Positions 11,427 to 22,985 of a stretch of DNA of 64,000 nucleotides are shown here, in pieces (position 1 is the stretch's first letter; every line of letters begins with the position of its first letter). The stretch comes from Camelus ferus (taxonomy: Eukaryota). Location: contig NC_045696.1 in assembly GCF_009834535.1 (NCBI RefSeq), positions 72,418,001 to 72,482,000 of the forward strand, written 5' to 3'. Under the pieces are notes generated by a model. It was given only the letters and a program-made list of their open reading frames with translations. It had not been told where the DNA came from and did no database searches. Both the position numbers and the translations under genes were made by a program.

Positions 11427-12200
11427 CTTTCTGCAGTCCCTTCTGTCGTTGTAGGGCCCAGGGGAACCTTTCAACGTAGGTGCTTGGCAACAAGTCGGCT
11501 GAGATAGGCTGACCTTGGAGCTTTCGTAGTCTCTCCTGTACAGCACTGGTCAGGTCTACACAAGCCTCATCAACGCTGGCACATTCAATAACAGCAAAAC
11601 GAGCTATTCCTCCATTACTTCCACGCTGGTTTCCCGGTACTTGGGGAGGTTAGCTTTCACGGACTTGTGCCAGTAGAAGATCTGAATATAACTTCTTAGC
11701 ATCATCTGCCCACATATTTCTAATGACCCCAAAGTACGAGCTTCGTAACTTACTTCAACGATTCCATAACCCTTTTATGATCTGTCCCGTCAACTGCACA
11801 AGGATTATTCCTCAAATGAGGATTTTGCCGCGGCTCCATGTGAACCAAAAAACAGCCCAAGTCCACTAGAGCAACTACCGGGTCCTGTTCGTTTCAATGT
11901 GACAAACACCCGGGCAAACTGCAGCCCGTGGGCGCTGCCGATACCGGGCTTGGTGTCCACCAGAGGGAAGATGAAAGGGTCTTGAGTATCTGTCCCCTTT
12001 CCGGGAGCTGGAGAGTCACTTCTGAGAGAGATTTATTCCCCATAATGACGGAGAAAAGGACCAAAGGCCGCAGACGACTCTTGCCAGGGAAACGGCCCGC
12101 GAGCCGTGTGGACCGCCCTCCTGACAGGGATGAAGGGTCGCGTGCACCCGCGCTCGACGCCGACGTCCGCTGACGCGCCTACGCACCGCGGCCCTTACGT
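11427..12200 (-). pseudogene. POLH: Processed pseudogene of DNA polymerase eta (POLH): 5'UTR + N-terminal ~160 codons
   Basis: Minus-strand translation across frameshifts gives QDPVVALVDLGCFLVHMEPRQNPHLRNNPCAV / VSYEAR / FGVIRNMWADDAKKLYSDLLLAQVR / KANLPKYRETSVEVME / RFAVIECASVDEACVDLTSAVQERLRKLQGQPISADLLPSTYVE / GPTTTEG..QK, collinear with the Pol eta N-terminus as I recall it (QDRVVALVDMDCFFVQVEQRQNPHLRNKPCAV...RFAVIERASIDEAYVDLTSAVQERLQKLQGQPISADLLPSTYIE). No introns, ATG lost, several frameshifts and stops. Upstream ggtgtttgtcacattgaaa and gggaataaatctctctc resemble the POLH 5'UTR. 5' boundary approximate. Confidence 0.95.
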
Positions 12201-12240
12201 CTCCTCAGTACGTCTTCTAACTTCTGTTTCCCGGCTGTGA
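11820..12240. promoter_or_regulatory. CpG island / candidate promoter
   Basis: Densest CpG cluster in the window (e.g. gtcgcgtgcacccgcgctcgacgccgacgtccgctgacgcgcctacgcaccgcgg); includes a TGACG CRE half-site and GC-box-like ccgccc. Elevated CpG extends left to ~11300. Confidence 0.75.
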
Positions 12241-12833
12241 AGAATTCCACCTTCTACAGACTCAGCCTTTCTAATTAACCAGAATTGTTATTATATATAT
12301 ATTTGCTTCGGATGCTTGAATCATCACGGCTTGTGAGTAGCATCTCTCTCAGCGGGATCTGTTTGTTGTCTTTTCAGCACGTCCTGCCATCGTAGGAAAA
12401 AACCGATTTTCTATAACCATAGGAGGTTACTACCATCACCATCCTAATTTTTTTCTGTCCTAAGACATGACTTCTGGTACCTTGCAAAGAGTCCTGGTTC
12501 CTTTGAGTGTAATTTGGAACCGTAATCTGTGCTTTATGAGGGCTCATGATGGCAAGTTGTGGACACGGGTGATGATTTCTGCTGTTGTGGGTAGAATGCT
12601 GTTAGTGGCAGGTCTGGGAAATACATATTTTTTTTGAGCGTATGAGCTTACATCAGGTTTTTTTCTAAATTAAAAAATTTTAATAATGTAAGTTTTCATG
12701 CTGCATTGGCAGTATGAACCGAATTGCACAAATGGGTTTCATAAATCAATGCTTGTTTCTGTTCAGAACCAATATTCTCTGAGATGGGCTACCTTGGAAT
12801 CTGTGATTCGCGCAGCAACCCTTCCCCTTTCTT

Positions 12834-13228
12834 TGTTACTAACACTCCGGTTTTGCTTCTGGGGACTTCGCTTCCCTCCTTCCATATTGTTCTGGTGGGA
12901 GAGACATGTGCACTGTCCTCACACTTCTTGGACACATGTCTGAGGTAAGACTGTTCCTACCCTCCCGGGAGTTTAAGTCTTCAGTGAGTGTACATTGACA
13001 CAAAGCACTGAAGTGGGTCCTTCCAATGGCCAAGCCCTGAAGAGAGTCTTTTAATACCTCTTTCCTAATTTCTTGGAGCATCTTGATCCTGTTCTTCCCA
13101 AGGCCTGATTGTTCACTTTTTCATTAGAGTCTGTAGTTTATTTAATTTTTTAAAGATTATTATTGCTATTTTGCTTAAGTTAACCAGAGTTGGTTTCAGT
13201 CACCTACAACCAAATAATCACTGATGCA
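12834..13228 (+). mobile_element. MaLR LTR (MLT1-like)
   Basis: 3' end gcttaagttaaccagagttggtttcagtcacctacaacc...ctgatgca matches the MLT1 terminus. Confidence 0.7.
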
Positions 13229-14039
13229 GTCATCTTTGTGGGTGGATATGTGGGCTTCCAGTAGCTTCTAGTGTAACTATGTTGGATGCCTCAGAATTTT
13301 TTTTTTTCAGAAAATTATTTGCATGATGACTTGATCAGTTTATTTAGAGAAGGTTTCAGTCAGTGACAAGGGGTCTGGGAAAAACGTGAGTCCTTTTTAT
13401 TTACAAAACAGGTTGGTTTTATTTTTGAGACACATTTTGTTTTTCTATTTGTTTTACGTGTTTGTAGGTACAACCATTTTCAGACTTGTTTATTTTTATG
13501 TGAAAAAGATTACTCATAACTTGTCATTTTCAGAAATCAAGAACATAAGACCTTCTTTAAGAGAAAGACCTATATAACTTTACCACCCTGGTCCCAAGGT
13601 TGTCTCAGGTTGTATATCCTGTGTTTACAACACAGTTACTCAGCTTCTGTCTTTATAAGGAAGAAGGTCAAAGGTATCTTTGGGTTGTTCTCTTTGATAT
13701 CTTAGTATGGAGATTTGTTCATAGATTGTGACTTTAGGCCATCAAATGTTCAAACTTATTTGAGTCAAACTGTAACTCCTGCCATCAGGGATGCTGTGTT
13801 TTCCCCATCTATGAAGTGCTTTTCTCATTTCTTATGTGCAGTAAATGATAATGACCGACCTTGAATTTTGCTGGCTGAAGTGCTGGGTAAACAATAAATA
13901 ATACCAGTGACTCTATGAGATTACCGTCTAGGTTGGGTGCCCTCTGCATTCTTCAACACTTCATTGCTGATTCAGTTTTTGAAAATTGCCAACTTGGTCT
14001 TCAGATCATGTATAGTAAGTCACTACAAATCATAGGTAT

Positions 14040-14200
14040 AATAGCAGCTATCATTTATTGAGTATATTATGCCAGACACTATATTGGATGGTTTATAAAA
14101 AGTGTGTTCTGTTTTCACCAATATCTTGGGTACTATCATCATCATTTATAGACAAGGGAACTGGGATTCAAATTTCTGTGATTTGATAAAGGTTTCCTTA
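14040..14200 (-). mobile_element. MIR SINE
   Basis: atagcagctatcatttattgagtatattatgccagacact...atttatagacaagggaactggg. Confidence 0.7.
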
Positions 14201-14319
14201 TTCTACTTTTTGACAATTTATTCAAATAAAAGATATCCTAGTCCTGCATATTTCACACAAGAACCTTCATAAATAATGGGATAAACATAATACATGCGCC
14301 TTTGTTGCCCTTGTTTCAA

Positions 14320-14560
14320 TGATTTTCAAATCTCCAACTCTTTGCCCCTATTCTTTCATCATGTCTGGCATCCAACAGCTTCTCCAAGTCAGAAATCTGA
14401 AATATCACCCTTGATCTTTTCCTCTTTTTATTCCCTTTTGTCAATCAGTTATTAAGTCTTGTCAAAAATATATTTTGAATATGACTATATTTTTCCTTCT
14501 TATTGTCACTGCTATACTTTAGTTCACCATTATCTCATCATCTCAATGATTCTAGCTGTA
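14320..14560 (+). mobile_element. L2 fragment
   Basis: ccaagtcagaaatctgaaatatcacccttgatcttttcctc...caatcagttattaagtcttgtc. Confidence 0.6.
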
Positions 14561-15338
14561 CCTAAAAGGAAATGTCTCAGTTAATCTATGCTTATTCAGT
14601 CCTCTTGGAGACATGGACTTTTTGGAATGATTTATGGTCCTGGACAGATAAAGAGCAGAGTGGGACTGGGTGGTAATGAGTAGTCACAGACTTGGATGAG
14701 AGATCATCTATAGGGAAAGAATATAGATTGGGTTGGTTCAGTTTAGTAGTAGGCTAAAATCATTATGGAACTTTTTTACCAAGGGTGAGAGATTAAACCA
14801 ATAAGCAGGAATGGAGCTATCTTTGGATTCTGGGCACAACAAATCAGTATGCCACACTGTAAATGCTAGGTGAAGGTATTAAGGGAACAATAAGAGGTCA
14901 GCAATATATTAGGAAAAAGAGCAAGATAAAGTTGGAAAGGTAAGATGGTTACTTTCCTAACATTTACCATGTTCTATGTAGGACATGCTTTGTTTTGTTT
15001 TTGTTTTAGTTTTTTTGAAGTGTACAAAGGCTATATTCTTGTTTATCTGGTCTAAAGATCTTCCCAGGTTGAGGGTAGACTCAAAGTGGCTGGGTGAATA
15101 TAGACCTTTAGGAGCCAAGGGCTTGAGGCCTGAGTATCAGTTCTGTGAGTTTAGTAATGCCTTTTAGTCATACCTTTTCCTCAGCTAGAGATTGGAAAAT
15201 GGCCAATTTTATGCCCAAGCAGGTTGAGTCATGCCCATTTTGGACTGTCCAAAGGCAGAATATAAGTAAAAAAGATCAGGTGATATTTTGAAAAAGATAA
15301 AATGAAAGAAGGCAGCATCATATGAAAAAGACCTTATA

Positions 15339-16657
15339 TATTTGCAAGCAATGCAACTGACAAGGGCTTAATCTCCAGAATATATAAACAGCTCATACGA
15401 TTTAATAACAAAAAACCAAACAACCAAAAATGGGGAGAAAACCTAAACAACGAATTTTCCAGTGAAGACATACAAATGGCCAATAGGCACATGAAAAAAA
15501 TGCTCAATATCACTAATTATTAGAGAAATGCAAATCAAAACTACAAGGAGGCATCACCTCACACCAGTCAGACTGGCCATCATTCAAAAGTCCACAAACG
15601 ATAACTGCTGGAAAGGGTATGGAGAAAGGGTACCCTCCTATACTGTTGGTGGAAATGTAGTGTGGTGCAGCCATTATGGCAAACAGTATGGAGATTCCTT
15701 AAAAAACTAAACATAGACTTACCATGAGATCCAACCATCCCACTCCTGGGCATATATCAGAAGGGAACTCTTAATTTGAAAAGATACGTGCACCTCAGTG
15801 TTCATAGCAGCACTATATACAATAGCCAAGACATGGAAACAACCTAAATGTCCATTGACAGATGACTGGATAAAGAAGGTTTGGTATGTTTATACAATGG
15901 AATAGTACTCAGCCATAAAAAAGAATAAAATAATGCCATTTGCCGCAACATGGAAGGACCTAGAGATTGTCATTCTGAGTGAAGTAGGCCAGAAAGAGAA
16001 AGAAAAATACCGTATGATATCACTCATATGTGGAATCTAAAAAAAAAGAAAAAAGGAGAACACTAATGAACTTATCTGCAAAACAGAAACAGACTTGCAG
16101 ACATAGTAAATAATCTTATGGTGGTTACCAAGGGAAAGAGAGTGGGAAGGGATAAATTTGGGAGTTTGAGATTTGCAAATATTAGCCACTGTATATAAAA
16201 ATAGATTAAAAAATAAATTTCATCTGTATAGTACAGGGAACTACATTCAATATCTTGTAATAATCTTTAATGAAGAAGAATATGAAAATGAATATACGTA
16301 TGTATATGCATGATGGGACATTGTGCTGTACACCAGAAATTGATACGGTGTAACTGACTGTACTTCAATTAAAAAAAAGAAAACAAATGTATGATTACTG
16401 GAGGGGGCAGGGGGTGGGAAGGGATAAGTTGGGAGACCAAGATTTGCAGATACTACTATATATAAAATAGATAAACAACAAATTTCTACTGTATAGCACA
16501 GGGAACTATATTCAAAATCCTGTAGTAACCTATAATGAAAAAGAATGTAGAAACAAATGTATAGATGTATATGTATGACTGAAACTTTATGCTGTATGCC
16601 AGAAATTGACACAACATTGTAAACTGACTATACTTCAGTTAAAAAAGAAAAGAAAAA
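15339..16657 (+). mobile_element. Young L1 with two tandem 3'UTRs inside one TSD pair
   Basis: ORF2 C-terminal ([22 protein letters not shown]) and 3'UTR #1 ending at ~16378, then a different 3'UTR #2 at ~16380-16640 with A tail; exact 15-bp TSD gaaaaagaccttata at 15324-15338 and 16658-16672. Confidence 0.93.
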
Positions 16658-17026
16658 GAAAAAGACCTTATAAGCAGAGAGATCAGTCACCATAAATGAA
16701 ACAGTGTTAGATGGAATTCGCAAGACTGTGGCCAATGGTTTTTGCTAAATCACTATTATATTTACCCAGAGTACCAGTTCACTGAGTACTAGATAGGGTC
16801 TTGGGGAACAAGAACAAACTGTGGGTTCCCTATCAAATAGCACAGTTAGCCTGGGAGAGAAACAGAATGGGTCTCTCATAGCCAGAATGAAACAGTATTT
16901 CATTGAAAACGTTCTCGCTCTAAACTCACAGGGATCCTGATTTCTAAACTGGTTTCAATTAAATATACTTTTTTTTCCCTTCTAAGAAAACAACATACAC
17001 CTATAATCTCTTCTAACTATTGGCAG

Positions 17027-17102
17027 ATCTGTGATGCTATAGCACTCCACCCCTTCCCAGTGGCTGCAATTACACACATCAAATTTCAGGATGGACGACA
17101 AG
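17027..17102 (+). other. Candidate 76-nt non-coding exon
   Basis: Branchpoint-like ttctaac, acceptor tattggcag|ATCTGT, strong donor CAAG|gtaaga. Confidence 0.35.
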
Positions 17103-18589
17103 GTAAGATTCTGGAAGTAAAAGGCTACCACTTATGGTCCCCATTTTGCTCTCATGTGTCACAGCCTTTTATTGTCGGGAGTTATTTAGAGAAATAGTCA
17201 TCAGCTAACAAAACCATCTGTTAGTTAACAGCAGCAAAATATGAGGCTATTTCAAAATAACATGGGCATTTCAAGTTAAGGGCAGATGAGTGCCAACTAT
17301 TTTTTTCCCTTCAGTCTTTCCTTGTTAAAAAAGAATGCATTTGTTATCAAAGCCAGTTTGGCTAATGTGCTTTCACCTCATACGTATCTAGAAATCAAAG
17401 CTGCCTAGAAAGTTATTTGAGGGTATGTTCTCCCTTTGGAGCCCATCTTGCTCCAGTCATGCTAATAGGAATTTCATGTGTGTGTCAAGAGGACAATATA
17501 GCCTTTATGCAATTCAACCAACACGTCCTACTCAGAACATGGTAAATGTTGGGAAAGCAAAAATGGTCTCACTGTACAGATTTAGTAAAATTCCTCACCT
17601 TTGTGCTTGTCTGCACTACTCCATTACTTTTTCCATCTGGGGGAGGGGGGTGGGAGATGAAGAATCTCTGTACTCCTTCTTTTCCCTTGGCCAGATAGTA
17701 TCCCAAATCAGCTAAATATAACTCCATTTATTGTCATGCTAAAATGTTCTATTTAGCTGTGTTTAACTGGATATCATGATTCCATGGGCTGACCTTTCAC
17801 TCCTGGGAAGTCGTTTTAAATTCAATCCCTGCAAAGGAAAATCCTTCCAATTCGTTGGCTGTGAAAGGTCACAAGTGAAATGTGTTTTGATGGTATCTGC
17901 CTATGGCTTAATTCTCAGTAAACTTGAGCACTAACTGGGCCTCAATTGTGCTTTGTCTTGGGAATCTGAGTTCTAAGAAGCCTGGGAGAGCTGAGTGGGA
18001 GATGTGAGGCTGAGTTGCTGGCATCAGCCACAGGTACACAAAGGTACCAGCTGAAAGGTAAGGCATATGGTGCTAAGTTAGGTCAACGCTGCCTCCTTTC
18101 TGAGCTGACGGGGAATTCAGACTGAAATATATAGTTTCTCCCTCTGTTTCATTTGATCTCTTTAAGAGGGGCATTTCCCACTTTCTGGGAGGCAAAGAGG
18201 GCTTAGGGTGAGATAGAGAAGGAACTAGAAGTGTGTGAACCAGTCAAGAGGAAATTGGAGTATCCTGAAAATTTAGGCATTTCAGGGTCCAGAGCATAAA
18301 CTCAGCATTCCAAGTCTGAATGTTTTTCTTTTACAGCCTTTTTCTCTTCATAGTTGAGTAGCACTTCAGTTTCCAGTGAGTTACTCACTGTCATCATTAT
18401 GCTGATTTTTAACTGAATTAAAATAGTTTTATTACATCTTATCAAAGAACCCCTTCCCCATTTAAAAATCATATTTTACCAAGCAATATTAGGAATTTTG
18501 TCAGAGGTTTTTGAAGAGTTCAACAGATGAAATACTGAAGTTGCTGGATTTTTGTTTTGTTTTTACTCTATTTCAACTTTTTAGAGAAC

Positions 18590-19050
18590 TATGCCATAGT
18601 CATTCAATCAACAAGTACAATATCTGGCTCCTTCTAACTGAGAAAAAAGCCCAGAGAACAGTCTGTCCTCCCCACTACCCCATTCCTCTTTCACACGCAC
18701 GTTATACTCTACTTCAGTGAGTATTCAATGTTTCCTGAACACAACTTGCAATTCTCTACTTCCATGCCTGAGTTTGTGTTGCTGCTTCTTCCTGGAATGT
18801 ATTCATCTTTTCATCAAAGTTCTACTCATGCATAAAGGCCACATGTCACTTCTTTCTGTAAAGCCTTCAAAAGGCTTGCTTCCTTCTTCTTACCTGTGGC
18901 AAAGGAAAGCATGGCTTCCATACCACTTTGTCTATGCATCTATTATACTTTTTCTGCTGTGATACATCTGTTTCTCTCATTCAGCGCAGCTCCATGAGGG
19001 CAAAAGTTGGGCCTTTTTCATCTCTATACCCAGTGCTTAGCTCAGGGATT
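18590..19050 (+). mobile_element. L2 fragment(s)
   Basis: ttcctgaacacaacttgc...ttcctggaatg...gtcacttctttctgtaaagcctt...ctccatgagggcaaaagttgggcc...atacccagtgcttagc. Confidence 0.65.
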
Positions 19051-19699
19051 ACTCCAAGAAGAGTCTTTAGCCATCCCATCACAGGTATGTGAGCAGTTAG
19101 GCCTTTGATATCAAGATGAAGAAATGAAATGTTTCTTATAACAAATATATCTTGAGAGTGCATAGCAGCCACAGGAATAAGCAGAAAGAGAAACACTTTC
19201 TCTAAAAGCAGTAAGGGCAGTTCCTGGTAATAAATGAGAAAATCTGTGCTTCCCTTTTCCCTTTTGCTTTGTGTTGTCAGTTCCTCTTAGAAATACCTGG
19301 TTGCAGAGAAAACTCTTTGAATCTTAACACTGAATTCAGAAAGAGGGAAATAGAGGTGGCTCTGAAGATAGGGTGGAGGCAGTTACACTTGGTCTCATTC
19401 CCCAGCTTCTCTTTTTCTTCTCCCTTCCTGGGTCTTCTGCCTGGCAGACTGCAGGCCAGCTCTGACTCCTGAGCTTTCTTGAGAGAGAAAACAATATACG
19501 ATTTGCAGAACCTGAGTTAAGCCACGTTCTGCAGAAACAGCATTCAGAGGTCAGGCACAGCTGATAGAGCAGCTGCCTGCCCTGCCTCTTTTACCATCAG
19601 TGACATCCGGCATGTAGTGACCCAGGGTGGTCCTGGGTGTCTGTGTCAGTCCCAAATCACAGCACACTCTGTCCCTCCTCGAGTGTGAGTCTTTCTCAG

Positions 19700-20245
19700 A
19701 TATTGGTCTGATCCATTATATCTCTCAGGATTGTTGGTTGTGAGAATCCAGTAAAGCTGGTTTAAAGAGAAAAGCTCCCCCACTTCCTGGTGTCCCAGAG
19801 ACTCTGGCTTGAATGCTACACAACTAGGAACAATGGGCAATTATGCTAGAAGGCCCTTCACTGGCAAAGGTACCACCGCTGGCATGCATGCCTCAGACTT
19901 CATAGCTGAGCGAAGGGCAGCTATCACCAGTGACATAAGAGACTAGACACTAGGACCTTCCTCTTTCCTGCCCTCCAAGACTTGGATACATTTGCCACAT
20001 GTTCTCTAGAAGGTGACTTTCACAGGCCGCCTTCTTCACATTGTTTTCTTTTGAAAACAAGTCTCTTGTGGCTGCATTTGATTGGTGGATCCTAGGTCTC
20101 ATGCATACATCTTAGCAGCTGAGTTGTTGAGGAGATTTGTTTTCTAGTTTCTGCCTTGAGAAATTGAAACTCATAAAGGAAAATGTTTTCCAAGTATTTC
20201 AAGGGCTCTCAAAAAGTGCTGAACAACTAGAAAATATGACAAAAA
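19700..20245 (-). mobile_element. Old MaLR LTR (MLT1-like)
   Basis: ttggttgtgagaatccagtaaagctggtttaaagagaaaag and gcatttgattggtggatcctaggtctcatgc resemble reverse MLT1. Confidence 0.55.
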
Positions 20246-20869
20246 TCTACTATATCCTGTAGGGCATTAATATTTTTATTTTAATTAATATAAAACCATG
20301 TGACATTATTATACCAGTTTCCTCTGTCTGGTAACTTAGTAATATGTGAAACTATTTTTTTCTGGGATTTGAGACTTAGATCACTTTTCCCATCCCTGAT
20401 ATCTCCCTTTCCTAATGAAGGACCTTATGCTTTATTACCTTCCTCATATTGTCTCTTCTCCCAAATTCAATTTCCCGCATGTTGGTGGGGACCTTGATGC
20501 ACAAGACTTGTCTTCTGCTGGTGACTTCCAATTGGGACCTTACATACTATCCCTCATGGTCACGGCCCAGCCTTGAGATGGGACCTTCAGTTGCCAATAA
20601 TTTTCTGAGCCATGCTTCAGTTCACGACTCTGTTTGACTGCCATATTCTTGATTCTCTGGGTTGCCCTTAAGACCAAACATTAGGGCCAAGTGAGTTCAC
20701 CTTCATCCTGGGCTCAAGCCTTTGTGAGAGGATCTAAGTTCTGATATAGCTTGATTTTTCTCCAGAGTGACTCCATCTTGACAGTGGTCAATGTACCTTG
20801 CTTATGAGAGGTAGGCATAAAAATAGAGAGCTGCCAATGCAGATTTTTCAAATTAAAATAAATTTATGC

Positions 20870-21025
20870 TGTCTAGTGATTTCAGATATGCTGTGAGTTC
20901 CTCAAAGGCTAGAATCGTAATCATTAATCATCTTTGTATTCCCAGTGCTTGGTATGGCATTTGACATGCAGCAGGCCTGCAATTCATTTTAGCTGAATGA
21001 ATGAATGAATGAATGAATGAATGCA
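20870..21025 (+). mobile_element. L2 3' end with (GAAT)n tail
   Basis: tgtgagttcctcaaaggc...tctttgtattcccagtgcttgg...tgaatgaatgaatgaatgaatgaatgaatg. Confidence 0.8.
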
Positions 21026-21159
21026 AATTGCATAAAGACCACCAGTATATTTCAGCATCACAGACTAATCATTCATTCATTTAGCAAATATTTTTTGAGA
21101 AGTTGCAAAGCATTATACTAGATACCATAGAAATCTGAAATAGCCCTAATGTTATTAAT

Positions 21160-21325
21160 AATTATAACTATAGTCAACATTTACTGTATACTTACTAGAT
21201 GACAAGCACTGAGCTAACTTTCATGAACATTCATTCAGTTCTCACAACAACTCTAAGACAAACGTACTATTATTATTATTCCCATTTATGAGGGAAAGAA
21301 CTGATTTTCAGAAAGGCTAAGTATA
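21160..21325 (-). mobile_element. MIR SINE
   Basis: aacatttactgtatacttact...ctcacaacaactctaag...tattattcccatttatgagg...aggctaagt. Confidence 0.7.
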
Positions 21326-21689
21326 TGAGAACAAGTTGGGGATATGATGTTTACACAGTAGAGTTGAGAAGGTACAAGAGCCATCTGGAATGTCTTAAAT
21401 ATCACACGGCAACACATTTGCAGTACTCAAATTCCATTCAGAGTCCTTGAGTGCTAAATGGATACAGCTGGGGAATCAGAACTTACCTGGTGACCTTTAT
21501 GCAACTTGTGTTTTAGCATTAAGGAACTCTGCTTTATTCACTCGGCAAACATGAATGGCATGCCTGCTGTGTACTAGAAACTATACTGAGCACTGGGGAC
21601 AGGGTAGGGAGAGCTGGAGGAGAGGAGACAAACATGTCAGAAGATCATTGCAATTCATAAGAGCTGTAATAGACGTGTGAACGTATTTC

Positions 21690-22985
21690 AAAGGAATATT
21701 TTTAACATTTCACCATTAAGTATGACATTTACAAGCACTTATGGTTACCCTCTATTAAAAAAAGTCCTTTTATTCCAGTTTGCTAAGGGTTTTTATTTCA
21801 AATGTTTTTTTCTACATTTGTTCAGATGAATTTTCTATATCTGTGGAGATTATTTCTCTTATTTATTAAGGTGGATACTTAACTTTTATCTGTTATGAAT
21901 ATTTTCTAATATTAAAACAACCTTGCATTTTTAAGGTAAAACATACTTTTATACTTTTATAGAACTATTCAGATTTTCTTTTATTTAAATTTAAAAAAAT
22001 TCTCCATTCACTTTTGCTAAATTGCTTATTTGTAGAATTTATCTACTTCACTTATGTTTTAAAATGTATTAGCATAGAATTATTTATACTATCAATTTAT
22101 TAGCTTTTACATTTATATAACATCTGTAGTTATGGCCTCTTCATTAATATTGTTTACTTATTCCTTTCCCTTCCTTGATTAACATTACTAGAAAACTAAA
22201 TTTTACTAGTTTTTTCAATGACCTCATTTTGACATTGTTTGATTCTAAATATTTTCTACTTTCATATTATATATTTAACTCCTTAACTCTGAGCCTTTTT
22301 TCCTACTGTAAGCATTTAAAGCTATATTTCCTTCCAAGAAATGCTTTAGCTGCATCCCTCAAGTTTTGATATGTTAATTTTTCATAGGTAATTCTTTTGA
22401 AAATTATATAATAATCTAAGTTCCATTGTGATTTCTTTTTTGCCCTGAATTATTTAAAATATATTAAAAAATTCTAATGAAATAGATTTTTATTTTGTTC
22501 TTTTTGAAAAGTTATGTTTATTACTTTATTGCTAGAAGATGTAGCCTATCAAGTGCCTTTAAAATGTATTAGACTTGCTCTATAGCCTAATACATGGTTA
22601 ATTTTTGTAAATAGCACTTGTGTGTTCAACAAGTAGTTGGATGCAGTGTTCTATAATATGTTCTTTGTACTAGGCTTGTTATTTTGTGTCAAATCTATAT
22701 CCTTGCAGTTCTTTATTCACTTGATCTATCAATTACTGAGAGAAATGTGTTGAAGTGTGTGAACATATGAATTTCTCTTAACAGATATCTCAATTTTGTA
22801 TTCATACATTTTGAAGGTATAACACATACCTAAGAGTTTAAAATTGTTATATGTTCCTTGTGAATTGAAGCTTTTATTATTATGTAGTGACCATTCTTAT
22901 TTCTAATAATGCTTTTTACCTTGAAGTCCATTTTGTGTGATAATTTAGCTACACCGACTTTCTTTTGGTTAGTATTTGCTTAGAA
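21690..22985 (-). mobile_element. Old L1 (L1ME-like) fragment
   Basis: T-rich degenerate ORF2 antisense (tttcaccattaagtatga; aatgctttagctgcatccc; gatctatcaattactgagagaaatgtgttgaag; cttgaagtccattttgtgtgata). Confidence 0.85.

Noticed and set aside
11750..11839. Short ATG ORF MEPRQNPHLRNNPCAVDGTDHKRVMESLK in the pseudogene
   Set aside because: Only 29 codons and frameshifted out of the POLH frame; cannot encode a functional polymerase, and there is no evidence of translation.
11928..12173. 81-aa plus-strand ORF in the CpG island
   Set aside because: GTG start, GC-rich chance ORF antisense to the POLH 5'UTR; no recognisable homology.
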